This document shows, in pieces, positions 35,759 through 44,870 of a stretch of 64,000 bases of DNA; position 1 is the first letter of the stretch, and the number at the start of each line of letters is the position of its first letter. Location of the stretch: the NCBI RefSeq assembly GCF_027594745.1, contig NZ_CP110854.1, forward strand, positions 1,052,241 to 1,116,240, given 5' to 3'. Source of the stretch: Saprospira grandis (GTDB lineage Bacteria > Bacteroidota > Bacteroidia > Chitinophagales > Saprospiraceae). The position numbers and the translations under genes are program-made. Below the pieces are notes generated by a model. It did no database searches. It was not told the origin of the DNA and saw nothing but the letters and a program-made list of their open reading frames with translations.

Positions 35759-37122
35759 TAGTCCCTATTAAAAGGAAGCAACCAACTGGGACTACTAAAA
35801 AGATCAGCTTTTTCTTGGGCCAAATTGACCTGAGGATCTACCAAGCGCTGGCTAGGGCGGCCATTGAGGCTAACCTGAGCGTCTAGATAAACCTCTGGGT
35901 TTTGATAGCCTTCTTCTGTTTGGTAATAATTGGCCAAATAATGGGCAAACTGCAAAAGCATATCAGGTTGATAGGCCATCATCAGCTCCTGTTTTTCATT
36001 GAGATGGTCCAGATTATTGACCCAGCTCATTTTGCCCGTTTGGCCATCGACTACCTTAAATTGGGCGTAGCCCCTTTTCTCGACCAGCATGACCATCCAA
36101 GAAAAGCGGAAGCCCTGTTCCTGCCAAAGGACATTACCTGCATAGAGATGATGTCGCAGCGGAAAAAGCGCCTGAAAAAGCAGAAAAGACAGCAAAAAAT
36201 AGCGTTGAAAAGGGGGAAGAACGAGCTCTAGTTTTAATTTAGACAAAGTCAAATTAAAATTTTTAGCAAAGGTAGTAATTATTTTTTCATGAAAACGGCT
36301 AGAGAAAAAAATTGTCGTGCAGGCCATCATCAGGTAGGGAAAAATGCCGATATAGAAGAGGGCGGCGGTGGCTAGGTGGAAGCAAATGACAAAAAAGTAG
36401 GCATATTTTCGGCTTTTGGACCAAAGGAGAAAAAAGCCAATACTGAGATCGAAGGCGGCGCCAAAATAGGCAAAAATGGGGGGCAGCCAGCTCTTGCAGA
36501 GGAGAGGGCCAAAGATTGGAAAATCGGATAGTTGGCCCAGCCAGATGCGCAGAGGTTGGGCTAAAACGAGCCAATCGCTTTGCAACTTGGCCAAGCCGGC
36601 AAAAAAATAGACCAGCACAAAAAGCAGTCGGGGCGTCCAGATATATAGAGCGGGAACCTTGACCAAAGCCACCGAGATCGGATAATCTAGAGAAAAGGCG
36701 CGATGAGCGGGCAGGATCCAAAGCAGCAGGGCCAGCAAAGCGACCAGGTAGTAATGATTGAGATAATGCGTCAGGTCCAAAAGCTCTACATAAGTAAAGC
36801 AAGCAAAAAAAGTCCCGGCAGAAAGTTTATATTTATAGCCTAGGGCGATACCAAGGCCCGCGGCGGCCATCAAAAAAAAGCAGGCATAAAGGGCTGTTGC
36901 GGGCAATTCGGGCAGCCAATGCGTACCCCAAAGGCGGAAGGCAAACTGGGGTTGGATATAGAACTTATCGACCCAGCCGAGCAGCAGCATCCGGAGAGAG
37001 AGCCAGCAAGCGATCAGGCCAAAAATGATTCTGAGGCTAATGAGGGGGGCGATACTTTTGGGTTGGTCTAAAGCGAGCATAAGGATGAATTTTATGGGCG
37101 CAAAGGTAGACAATAGGAGCAA
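35758..37122 (-). CDS. HTTM (vitamin K-dependent gamma-carboxylase-like) domain integral membrane protein
   Basis: N-terminal ...LRIIFGLIACWLSLRML...YIQPQFAFRLWG...ELLDLTHYLNHYYLVALLALLL...FSLD matches HTTM signature positions. Multi-pass TM. Confidence 0.6.
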   Translation of the reverse strand: MLLLSTFAPIKFILMLALDQPKSIAPLISLRIIFGLIACWLSLRMLLLGWVDKFYIQPQFAFRLWGTHWLPELPATALYACFFLMAAAGLGIALGYKYKLSAGTFFACFTYVELLDLTHYLNHYYLVALLALLLWILPAHRAFSLDYPISVALVKVPALYIWTPRLLFVLVYFFAGLAKLQSDWLVLAQPLRIWLGQLSDFPIFGPLLCKSWLPPIFAYFGAAFDLSIGFFLLWSKSRKYAYFFVICFHLATAALFYIGIFPYLMMACTTIFFSSRFHEKIITTFAKNFNLTLSKLKLELVLPPFQRYFLLSFLLFQALFPLRHHLYAGNVLWQEQGFRFSWMVMLVEKRGYAQFKVVDGQTGKMSWVNNLDHLNEKQELMMAYQPDMLLQFAHYLANYYQTEEGYQNPEVYLDAQVSLNGRPSQRLVDPQVNLAQEKADLFSSPSWLLPFNRD

Positions 37123-37403
37123 AAAAATGCTTGGGCCTAAAAAAAGAGAAAGAAAGCTCTATCTTATCTACTGAAAATAGAGAAAGCGCAATATTTCGCA
37201 ATCCGTGAAATACTAGGAGCGCTTTTATTGGCGTTTTCCATAAGATCGAGGGCATCTCCCTCAGATCTTTAAGATAAAATTAACATATTTGATTTTTTCT
37301 TTTTAAAGTCAAGAGAGCCGACAAAAGTTGGTATCTTGAGCCGTACAGATGAACCACAAGACAAAACATTACCATTTCTTCACCTCTACATACTGTTAGT
37401 AGC

Positions 37404-38360
37404 ATGCGCATAGGACTACTTAGCTTTTGTTTGCTGTTTAGCTTTGGGCTATTAAAAGCTCAAGCTGGTTATCAGCCCCCTTTTCCTTATGAAATTGGTC
37501 TTCAGATTGGGACCTCTCAATTTTTGGGTGACCTTGGTGGGCAAAGTGAGGCTGGTCGCCCATTTATTCGGGACACCGATCTCAAGGCGATTCGCCCTTT
37601 AATTGGCGCTTTTGGGCGTTGGAATATTGGCCCTTATTTTTCTGCACGTGCAGATTTGAACTACCTTCAATTGGCGGGAGATGATGCGCTTGCGGGTAGT
37701 GGATTTAGTGGCGAGACACGTTCAGAGGACCAAGCTTGGTATCGTTACTACCGTAACTTGAGTTTCCGTTCGCATGTATTTGAGGCCTCTATTGCGGGGG
37801 AATTGATTCCCTACAACTTTGAGTTGGGTGGAGGTTACCAGAGCTATAGTGTGATTTCTCCTTATGGATTTATTGGGGTAGGAATTTTCCACTTTAATCC
37901 TCAGGCGCAGTATGATGGGCAGTGGGTAGACCTACAGCCTTTGTCTACAGAGGGCCAAGGTTTGGTAGATGGTCGCACGCCTTATAGTCTTACTCAATTT
38001 AATGTGCCTTTGGGCTTTGGCGTAAAATGGAATTACAACGATCAGTGGGCGCTTTCTTTTGAGGTAAACCACCGATTGACCTTTACGGATTACATTGATG
38101 ATGTTTCTGTAGACTATGTTGATCCGCAGGTCTTTTATGATAACTTTGCGCCTGAGCAAGCGGCCCTATCTGCTGCTATGGCTCGCCGCTCTGTAGAGAT
38201 TGATCCGGGTATGGTCAATGGCTATGTATCGGCTCCGGGTGAGCAAAGAGGAGACCCCAAAGATAATGACTCTTATTATACGATTACCCTTCGTTTTAGC
38301 TACTTCTTTGATGCTAACTCTTTGGGTGGTGGTCGTCGTTATGGTTGTCCCGTTTGGTAG
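37404..38360 (+). CDS. DUF6089-like outer-membrane beta-barrel protein (paralog of the gene at 1..572)
   Basis: Signal peptide MRIGLLSFCLLFSFGLLKAQ. Shares ...LTQFNVPLGFGVKWNY...HRLTFTDYIDDVSVDYVDPQ... with gene 1. Confidence 0.6.
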   Translation: MRIGLLSFCLLFSFGLLKAQAGYQPPFPYEIGLQIGTSQFLGDLGGQSEAGRPFIRDTDLKAIRPLIGAFGRWNIGPYFSARADLNYLQLAGDDALAGSGFSGETRSEDQAWYRYYRNLSFRSHVFEASIAGELIPYNFELGGGYQSYSVISPYGFIGVGIFHFNPQAQYDGQWVDLQPLSTEGQGLVDGRTPYSLTQFNVPLGFGVKWNYNDQWALSFEVNHRLTFTDYIDDVSVDYVDPQVFYDNFAPEQAALSAAMARRSVEIDPGMVNGYVSAPGEQRGDPKDNDSYYTITLRFSYFFDANSLGGGRRYGCPVW

Positions 38361-38390
38361 ACTAAAGCCAACGATGAATTGAAATAGAAA

Positions 38391-38430
38391 AGCTGAGTAG
38401 GTGAACGCCTGCTCGGCTTTTTTTGTGCTC
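38391..38430 (+). terminator. putative intrinsic terminator
   Basis: gctgagtagg...cctgctcggc imperfect stem followed by ttttttt. Confidence 0.45.
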
Positions 38431-38533
38431 AACTCGGTATAACTTTTCCTAAAAACAAAGCAAATTTGGGCCTTTTTCCGAGAGCGCAGTAATGCGCAAA
38501 AATGGCGGATAAGTCCTTAATAGATAGGCTAAA

Positions 38534-38566
38534 ACAAAAAAAGCAGCTAGTTTTCACTAGCTGCTT
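38534..38566 (-). terminator. intrinsic terminator immediately 3' of tRNA-Arg
   Basis: gcagctagt/actagctgc stem. The plus-strand A7 run becomes U7 on the minus strand. Confidence 0.6.
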
Positions 38567-38569
38567 TTG

Positions 38570-38643
38570 TGACCCCAGCAGGACTCGAACCTGCAACCGT
38601 CTGCTTAGAAGGCAGATGCTCTATCCAGTTGAGCTATGGAGCC
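38570..38643 (-). tRNA. tRNA-Arg (anticodon TCT)
   Basis: Folded by hand into a cloverleaf: acceptor ggctcca/tggggtc (two G-U pairs), D-arm gctc-aactggata-gagc, anticodon arm tctgc-cuUCUaa-gcaga, T-arm gcagg-ttcgagt-cctgc, discriminator A. CCA is not encoded. Confidence 0.8.
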
Positions 38644-38704
38644 AACTGCAGCGCAAATATGGCAACTTTTAATCAATTGGCCAAATATTTCACCTATTTT
38701 TTTG

Positions 38705-38872
38705 AGCAAAGCCCCTCCCCCAGGCCCTATTGGCCCAGCGCTGCGGAGGGGTGGCCGAAGGCCAGACCAAAGCCGCCAAAGGCGGCTGCAGGGCCGAACA
38801 GCCCTGTGAGCCCCGCAGCATAGCGGCGGCCGACCGAGGCGAAGCCGAGCCGGCCGCGGGCCCCAAAATAAT
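38705..38872 (-). repeat. REP/MITE-like repeat, R orientation (copy R12)
   Basis: gggccgaacagccctgtgagccccgcagcatagcggcggcc...gcgggccccaaaataatt. Confidence 0.75.
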
Positions 38873-39417
38873 TATCGAACAGAAGAACGAAATACCTGCT
38901 GACCGTACTCCCAGAGAAATTTGAAGACCAAGAAAAAAAGGAAAAACGAAAGCCCAATTTGCCAAAGCTTTTGAAAAGGAAGGACCATTTTGTGCATGAG
39001 CAAAAGGAGGAGCCCCAGAGCCAAAGCAGCCGTGATGAGCAGTTCGTAGAGCTCGCCAAACCAAGGCAAGGCCTTCATTTTTAGGCCTTTTTTTCGGAGA
39101 ATCATAAATACAATGACCGCCGAAATTAAGGGTAAATAATAGACGCTAAAACTTAGTTCTAATAGATTTTTTTGGTTCATCATGATGCTGTAGAGCCAAA
39201 AAACCCCAGAAATAAGGGCCGGAATAGCCGTCCCATAAACCAGCAAAGAATACATATAACCATAGGCGCTAGAAGCTGGCGATGGCCCCGAAATAATATT
39301 GAGCAATAAAGCCATAAATGGCAACAGCAAAAAGTAAAAGAAAAGGGCCACGGGGTCCTGATGAAGCAAGGCAATGAGTTCTTCGATCTGCATAATTTTG
39401 GGAATGGATTTTGGCAA
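38872..39417 (-). CDS. hypothetical integral membrane protein (about 4 TM helices)
   Basis: Hydrophobic segments FYFLLLPFMALLLNII, LLVYGTAIPALISGVFWLY, LISAVIVFMIL, LITAALALGLLLLL. An alternative ATG at 39393 is possible. Confidence 0.5.
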   Translation of the reverse strand: MPKSIPKIMQIEELIALLHQDPVALFFYFLLLPFMALLLNIISGPSPASSAYGYMYSLLVYGTAIPALISGVFWLYSIMMNQKNLLELSFSVYYLPLISAVIVFMILRKKGLKMKALPWFGELYELLITAALALGLLLLLMHKMVLPFQKLWQIGLSFFLFFLVFKFLWEYGQQVFRSSVR

Positions 39418-39496
39418 TACAATACTGGATTTTAAATCTAGGAATAAATCATTACTTTTGTAAACTTCCGCAGACGGAACTTAAAACTACTACAAA

Positions 39497-39952
39497 ATGA
39501 AATCCTTAGCACTAGTATTCAGCTTTCTACTCGCAGGCTTAGGCAGCGGCCTTTTGGCCCAAAACCCTTCTGATGGCCTCCACTTTTGGAAAGTCCTGAG
39601 CAAAGTGAAGTATAAATCAAAAATTGATATCGAAAGCGGGACCCTGATCTATACGCCAGTTTTTAATAGAAGCATCAAAAAACTAGATGGCAAAGAGATC
39701 GTCCTCAAAGGTTATGTGATTCCCGCCGACCTTAGCGGAGGCCGCATGACCCTCTCGGCCTTCCCCTATAGCTCTTGCTTTTTTTGTGGAGGCGCCGGCC
39801 CCGAATCCGTTATCGAAATCGATGCAAAAACGCCCATTATCTATCGGATAGATAAACCAATCACGCTCAAAGGAAAACTCAAACTCAATAGCGAAGACCC
39901 CCTCCGCCTGATGTATATCCTCAAGGAAGCTGATTACTACGAAGGCAGTTAA
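39497..39952 (+). CDS. secreted hypothetical protein
   Basis: Signal peptide MKSLALVFSFLLAGLGSGLLAQ. 151 aa. Confidence 0.5.
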   Translation: MKSLALVFSFLLAGLGSGLLAQNPSDGLHFWKVLSKVKYKSKIDIESGTLIYTPVFNRSIKKLDGKEIVLKGYVIPADLSGGRMTLSAFPYSSCFFCGGAGPESVIEIDAKTPIIYRIDKPITLKGKLKLNSEDPLRLMYILKEADYYEGS

Positions 39953-39975
39953 TGCCCGAAAAATATTAGATTGTT

Positions 39976-40977
39976 ATGACTCAAATTTCGCGCATTCTGG
40001 GCGAACGCAGCGGCTCTGAAAAAGGGCCGCTCTTGCTTATTCTCACCCAGGTCCATGGCAACGAACCCGCCGGCTATTACGCAGTTCAAGAACTCTTTCA
40101 ACGCATTGACCAAGAGTACCAAAATAAAGCAGATTTTGACTACCGAGGCCGAATTGTCGCCCTGCGGGGGAATCTGGCCGCTATTGCCTCCGGCCAACGA
40201 TTTATCGATGAAGATTTTAACCGCATCTGGACCGATGAACGGGTGAAACAAATCCAAAATAGCCCCCTAGACCAACTCAAATCTCAGGAGGAAAGAGAGC
40301 TCAAAGGACTACTGGAAACTATTCAGGCCCTAATGGACCAACATCCAGATGAACAGGTCGTTTTACTCGACCTGCATACCACCACGGCCAAGGGCGGCAT
40401 GTTCCTCATCCCCTCTACCGACGATAATTCTAGGGCCCTGGGCCTCAATATCCACGCCCCGCTCCTACACGGTTTTCTCGATGGCCTAGAAGGGACTATC
40501 CTGCACTATTTTCGCCAGAAAAATTTTCCCAAACATCAACTCACCTCAATCTGCTTCGAGGCCGGCCAACACGATAGCCTCTCTTCTGTAGGCCATGCCG
40601 TTTCCGCCATCATCCAATGCTTTACCGCTATGGGGGGCTTCTATGCCGCAGATATCGAAATGAAACACGAACTCCGCCTGAGCGAAGAAAATCAAGGACT
40701 GCCCAAAGAAGGCCGCCTAGCCTACTGCCACCGCATCCATCAAGGCGATAACTTTAAAATGCGCAGCGATAAAATTTATCGCAATTTTGACCCCATTTAT
40801 AAAGGAGAATTGCTGGCCGAAGATAAAAATGGCCCCATCTACTCCCCCCTCGATGGCCTCATCCTCATGCCGCTCTACCAAAAACAAGGCAATGACGGCT
40901 TCTTTATCATTGAAGACCTAGACCTCTCTGCCCCCAAATTGGGCCGAAAAATTCCAAAAACTATTCTCAACGCCTAA
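39976..40977 (+). CDS. succinylglutamate desuccinylase/aspartoacylase (AstE/AspA) family zinc hydrolase
   Basis: LLLILTQVHGNEPAGYYAV metal-binding H-x-x-E motif with later conserved His/Glu. Confidence 0.55.
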   Translation: MTQISRILGERSGSEKGPLLLILTQVHGNEPAGYYAVQELFQRIDQEYQNKADFDYRGRIVALRGNLAAIASGQRFIDEDFNRIWTDERVKQIQNSPLDQLKSQEERELKGLLETIQALMDQHPDEQVVLLDLHTTTAKGGMFLIPSTDDNSRALGLNIHAPLLHGFLDGLEGTILHYFRQKNFPKHQLTSICFEAGQHDSLSSVGHAVSAIIQCFTAMGGFYAADIEMKHELRLSEENQGLPKEGRLAYCHRIHQGDNFKMRSDKIYRNFDPIYKGELLAEDKNGPIYSPLDGLILMPLYQKQGNDGFFIIEDLDLSAPKLGRKIPKTILNA

Positions 40978-41064
40978 CTGCCGCAAGTTTAACCCCAGAA
41001 AAGAACTATTTTGATTTAGTCTTGTTAACTTTGCGCCTCTAAGAGGAAAAAACTAATCCTGCCG

Positions 41065-41230
41065 ATCTTTTGGGGCCTCAGCTGCGCTGCGCTTGCTGCG
41101 CTACGTTTCGGGGCTCGCAAGCCTGCTCGGCCCTGCGCTGCCAAAGGCAGCTTGGTCTGGCCTGACGGCCACCCCTACACATCGCTAGGCCATCTGGCCT
41201 GACGGCCAAGGCGGCTGCGCCGCCTATCCA
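41065..41230 (+). repeat. REP/MITE-like repeat, F orientation (copy R13)
   Basis: ttttggggcctcagctgcgctgcg...ggggctcgcaagcctgctcggccctgcg...ggtctggcctgacggccac...catcgctaggcc. Confidence 0.8.
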
Positions 41231-41264
41231 TTCATACCACAAAAAATATTTGATCCGCTACAAT

Positions 41265-41603
41265 ATGGCTATCGTAAAATTTATTTTTGAAGATCCCAAT
41301 ATTCCCCCCAAGGAACTAGAAGCCAGCCTAGGCGATAATATCTCCGAATTGGCTGATGATAACGACATTCATATCAACCATAACTGTGGCCGCGTCTGCG
41401 CCTGTAGTACCTGCCACGTCTATATTGAAGAAGGCGAAGATAGCCTTCCCGAAATCTCGGACCGAGAAGAGGACTTTATTGATAGAGCCCTAGATCCACG
41501 CATCGAGTCTAGACTCGCCTGCCAGTGCATTATCCAAGAAGATGATGCCGTTATCGAGGTCTTGGTCCCCGACCAAGCCCGCATTATTGGACATGAACAC
41601 TAA
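41265..41603 (+). CDS. fdx: 2Fe-2S ferredoxin, adrenodoxin/ISC Fdx type
   Basis: Motifs CGRVCACSTCHV and ACQC (four Cys ligands). Start at ATG 41265. Confidence 0.75.
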   Translation: MAIVKFIFEDPNIPPKELEASLGDNISELADDNDIHINHNCGRVCACSTCHVYIEEGEDSLPEISDREEDFIDRALDPRIESRLACQCIIQEDDAVIEVLVPDQARIIGHEH

Positions 41604-41614
41604 ATTGAGATATC

Positions 41615-41854
41615 ATGAGTTTTGAACTTGACCTTCCTATCCATTGGACCGATTATGAAGATATCGCCATGGGCCTTTATGATAAATTTGGAGACGATTT
41701 TACCGAGTCTAAAATTTATCGCATCCGCTTTACAGACCTCATCGAATGGGTGCTGGACCTGCCCAACTTTGTGGGCAAACGCGAAGATTGTAATGAGGGC
41801 CACCTCGAGCAAATTCAAGCAAAATGGGTCTACGAATGGAGAGATAACCAATAA
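41615..41854 (+). CDS. iscX: Fe-S cluster assembly protein IscX (YfhJ-like)
   Basis: WTDYEDIAMGLYDKFGDDFTESKIYRIRFTDLIEWVLDLPNF is the IscX signature. It sits directly after fdx. Confidence 0.7.
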   Translation: MSFELDLPIHWTDYEDIAMGLYDKFGDDFTESKIYRIRFTDLIEWVLDLPNFVGKREDCNEGHLEQIQAKWVYEWRDNQ

Positions 41855-41931
41855 AATAAAAAAGGCTACAGCTATTCGCTGTGGCCTTTTCTGCCCATTT
41901 AGCACTCCTCTGATTGATAAAAAATACAATT

Positions 41932-42930
41932 ATGGATAAACGCATTCCAGTAACTATTATTACGGGCTTTTTGGGCAGCGGAAAAACGACCCTGCTCAAC
42001 GAACTCATCCAACGCTATCCCGAGAAAAAGCTCGCCATTATTGAAAATGAATTTGGCGAATTAGGCATCGACCAAGATTTGGTGGTCCGTGGAGAAGACC
42101 AAATCTTTGAACTCTCTAATGGCTGTATTTGCTGCAGCCTCAATGATGAATTGGTCGATACCCTGGCCAAACTCCTCAATGGAAATTACGAATTTGACCA
42201 GCTCGTTATTGAAACCACTGGCATAGCCGAACCCGATGCTATCGCCGCCGCCTTTGTGGCCGATGCCTCGGTCCAAGCCTATTTTCAACTAGATGCGGTC
42301 ATCTGCCTAGCCGATGCCCAATATACCCTAGACAGCCTAGCAGAAAGAGAAGAAGCCAAACGCCAACTCGCCTTTGCCGACCTCATTTTGCTCAATAAAA
42401 AGTCTAGCGTTTCCGCAGAACAATTGGAACAAACCAAAGCAGGCCTCAAAAAGCTCAACCCCCTAGCCGAAATCATTGAGGCCGATTATGGCAAAACAGA
42501 ACGCAATCTTTTGGACCTACAAGCCTATGCTTTTGCTACGGTAGAAGAAAAACTCAAGGCCCAACATCAACCCAAAGCTTGCAGCCATGGCAGCCATCAT
42601 CACCATCATCATGAGCAAGGCGAATTAGTGACGCATAGCTTTATTTTTGACCAGCCCTTTGACCTGCTCAAGCTTCGGCATTGGCTGCAAGTACTGCTCA
42701 TGCTACAAGGAGAAGGCATTTATCGAGTGAAGGGCGTCCTTTGGGTGCAATGGCAGGATAAAAAAATGGTCCTGCAATCGGTCCGAAAATCTTTTGCCCT
42801 CCAATTGGGCGAGGACTGGCCCGAAGGCAAACCCCGCCAAAGCCGAATTGTCTTTATTGGCAAAAATCTACGCAAGGATATTCTAGAGAAAAGCCTCAAA
42901 CAATTGCTGGCCCTAGAAACTAGCTTTTAA
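41932..42930 (+). CDS. COG0523 (CobW/ZigA-like) GTPase metallochaperone with an internal poly-His tract
   Basis: P-loop GFLGSGKTTLLNEL, GCICCS metal motif, ETTGIAEP, and SHGSHHHHHHEQG. An alternative start at 41914 is possible. Confidence 0.75.
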   Translation: MDKRIPVTIITGFLGSGKTTLLNELIQRYPEKKLAIIENEFGELGIDQDLVVRGEDQIFELSNGCICCSLNDELVDTLAKLLNGNYEFDQLVIETTGIAEPDAIAAAFVADASVQAYFQLDAVICLADAQYTLDSLAEREEAKRQLAFADLILLNKKSSVSAEQLEQTKAGLKKLNPLAEIIEADYGKTERNLLDLQAYAFATVEEKLKAQHQPKACSHGSHHHHHHEQGELVTHSFIFDQPFDLLKLRHWLQVLLMLQGEGIYRVKGVLWVQWQDKKMVLQSVRKSFALQLGEDWPEGKPRQSRIVFIGKNLRKDILEKSLKQLLALETSF

Positions 42931-42954
42931 ATAGAAAAGGCCCAGAACTCGATG

Positions 42955-43200
42955 TTCTGGGCCTTTCTTTTGGATGGAGCAGGGCGCGAAGCGCCCGCAG
43001 GCTGAGCTGCCGAAGCAGGGCCGCCGAAGGCGGCAGACCAAAGCGCTGAAAGCGCTGCAGGGCCGAGCAAACCTGCGAGCTGCGAAGGGAGCGACCCGAC
43101 CGATAATTCATGAGGGTTTTAACCCTCATTTTGTAGCGCTTCGCAAAGCGATACCGCTTTGCGCTGGGTTTCAAGCCGGCGGAGGGGCAGCCCCAAAAAA
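42955..43200 (-). repeat. composite repeat: REP-like module (R orientation) plus a hairpin-rich PAL module (copy R14)
   Basis: gggccgagcaaacctgcgagctgcg followed by atgagggttttaaccctcat and cgcaaagcgataccgctttgcg palindromes, ending ggcagccccaaaaaaag. Confidence 0.8.
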
Positions 43201-43205
43201 AGATC

Positions 43206-44594
43206 CTAAGCCTCCTTCATCGCACGGAAATGCTCATAGAAATAAGGCAAGGTTTCGATCCCTTTGAAGTAATTAAATACCCCAAAATGCTCATTGGGCG
43301 AGTGAATGGCGTCGGTGTCTAGACCAAAGCCCATCATGACCGTTTTGGCGCCTAAAATCTCCTCAAAAAGAGCCACAATCGGAATACTTCCGCCCGCTCT
43401 GAGGGGAATGGGCCGCTTGCCAAAGGTTTGCTCATAGGCCTTGGCCGCCGCCTGAAACTCAATGCCATCGGTGGGCGTCAAAACAGGCTCTCCACCATGA
43501 TGAGGAGTCACCACCACCTTGACCGAAGCAGGCGCAAGGGCCTCAAAATGCTTTTTAAATAGGGCCGTGATTTGCTCAGAACTTTGGTTGGGCACCAAAC
43601 GCATAGAAATTTTGGCATAGGCTTTTGAAGGCAAAACCGTTTTGGCTCCTTCACCAATATAACCGCCCCAAATACCGTTCACATCAAGGGTTGGGCGAAT
43701 AGAAGCCCGCTCCATAGTCGAGAATCCAGCCTCTCCAGCCACCTCATCAATGCCCAATTTAGCCTTATAATCAGCCAAATCGAAAGGCGCCTTGGCCATA
43801 GCCTCCCGCTCTTCCGCAGAGACCTCCAAAACATCATCATAAAAGCCCTCTACCGTAATTCGGCCCTCCTCATCTTGCAAAGAAGCAATCATTTTAGCCA
43901 AAATATTGATAGGATTAGCCACAGCGCCCCCATAAGTGCCCGAATGCAAATCGCGATTTGGACCCGTCACTTCCACTTCCACATAGCTCAATCCACGCAA
44001 ACCAGAAGTCATAGAAGGACTCTCATTGCCCAACATAGAAGTATCGGAAATCAGGATGACATCACAGGCCAAACGCTCCTGATTTTCACGCATAAAAGGA
44101 CCCAAATTTGGCGAACCAACTTCCTCTTCGCCCTCTAGCATAAACTTGATATTGCAATACATTTTTTGCTCCCGCATCATGTACTCAAACGCCTTGACAT
44201 GCATGTACATCTGCCCCTTATCATCACAGGCTCCACGGGCAAAAATAGCCCCCTCAGGATGACGGTCAGTGGTCTTAATAATGGGCTCAAAAGGTCCAGA
44301 TTCCCAAAGCTCAATGGGGTCGGGCGGCTGCACATCATAATGGCCATAGACCAAAACCGTAGGCCAGCTGGGGTCCATAATTTTCTCGGCATAAACAATG
44401 GGATGGCCCGCTGTGGGACAAATTTCCACGCTATCCACTCCCGCCTCTAAGAGCTTGATTTTCAAAAACTCCGCAGCCGAAAGCATATCTTTTTTATATG
44501 CAGAATCGGCACTCACTGAAGGAATCCGCAAAAGAGCCATCAACTCCTCTAACAAACGGTCCTTATCCTTTTCAATAAATTGTTTTACAGACAT
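43206..44594 (-). CDS. M20-family metallopeptidase (dipeptidase, PepV/Sapep-like)
   Basis: Motifs HYDVQP, GACDDKGQ and EGEEEVGS. The N-terminal extension in the ORF track lies inside a repeat, so ATG 44594 was chosen. Confidence 0.75.
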   Translation of the reverse strand: MSVKQFIEKDKDRLLEELMALLRIPSVSADSAYKKDMLSAAEFLKIKLLEAGVDSVEICPTAGHPIVYAEKIMDPSWPTVLVYGHYDVQPPDPIELWESGPFEPIIKTTDRHPEGAIFARGACDDKGQMYMHVKAFEYMMREQKMYCNIKFMLEGEEEVGSPNLGPFMRENQERLACDVILISDTSMLGNESPSMTSGLRGLSYVEVEVTGPNRDLHSGTYGGAVANPINILAKMIASLQDEEGRITVEGFYDDVLEVSAEEREAMAKAPFDLADYKAKLGIDEVAGEAGFSTMERASIRPTLDVNGIWGGYIGEGAKTVLPSKAYAKISMRLVPNQSSEQITALFKKHFEALAPASVKVVVTPHHGGEPVLTPTDGIEFQAAAKAYEQTFGKRPIPLRAGGSIPIVALFEEILGAKTVMMGFGLDTDAIHSPNEHFGVFNYFKGIETLPYFYEHFRAMKEA

Positions 44595-44614
44595 AAGTTG
44601 TTGTTGTTTTTCTA

Positions 44615-44870
44615 TTTTTTTTGGGGCTGCCCCTTCCGCCGGGTTAAAACCCAGCGCAAAGCGGTATCGCTTTGCGAAGCAATACAAAATGAGGGTTAAA
44701 ACCCTCATGAATTATCGGTCGGGTCGGGCTGTGTCGCAGCTCGCTGATCGCTCGGCCCTGCGCTTTTTCGCTACGCTCAAAAGCTAGGTCTGGCCTTCGG
44801 CCACTGCTGTCCATCCCTCAGCCTGCGGGCGCTTCGCGCCCTGTCCCCTGCAATTGGACCAATTAGGCCT
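44615..44870 (+). repeat. composite repeat: PAL module plus REP-like module, F orientation (copy R15). It is an inverted copy of R14 on the other side of the M20 gene.
   Basis: cccagcgcaaagcggtatcgctttgcgaagc...aatgagggttaaaaccctcatgaattatcggtcgggtcgggctgtgtcgcagctcgctgatcgctcggccctgcg. Confidence 0.8.
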
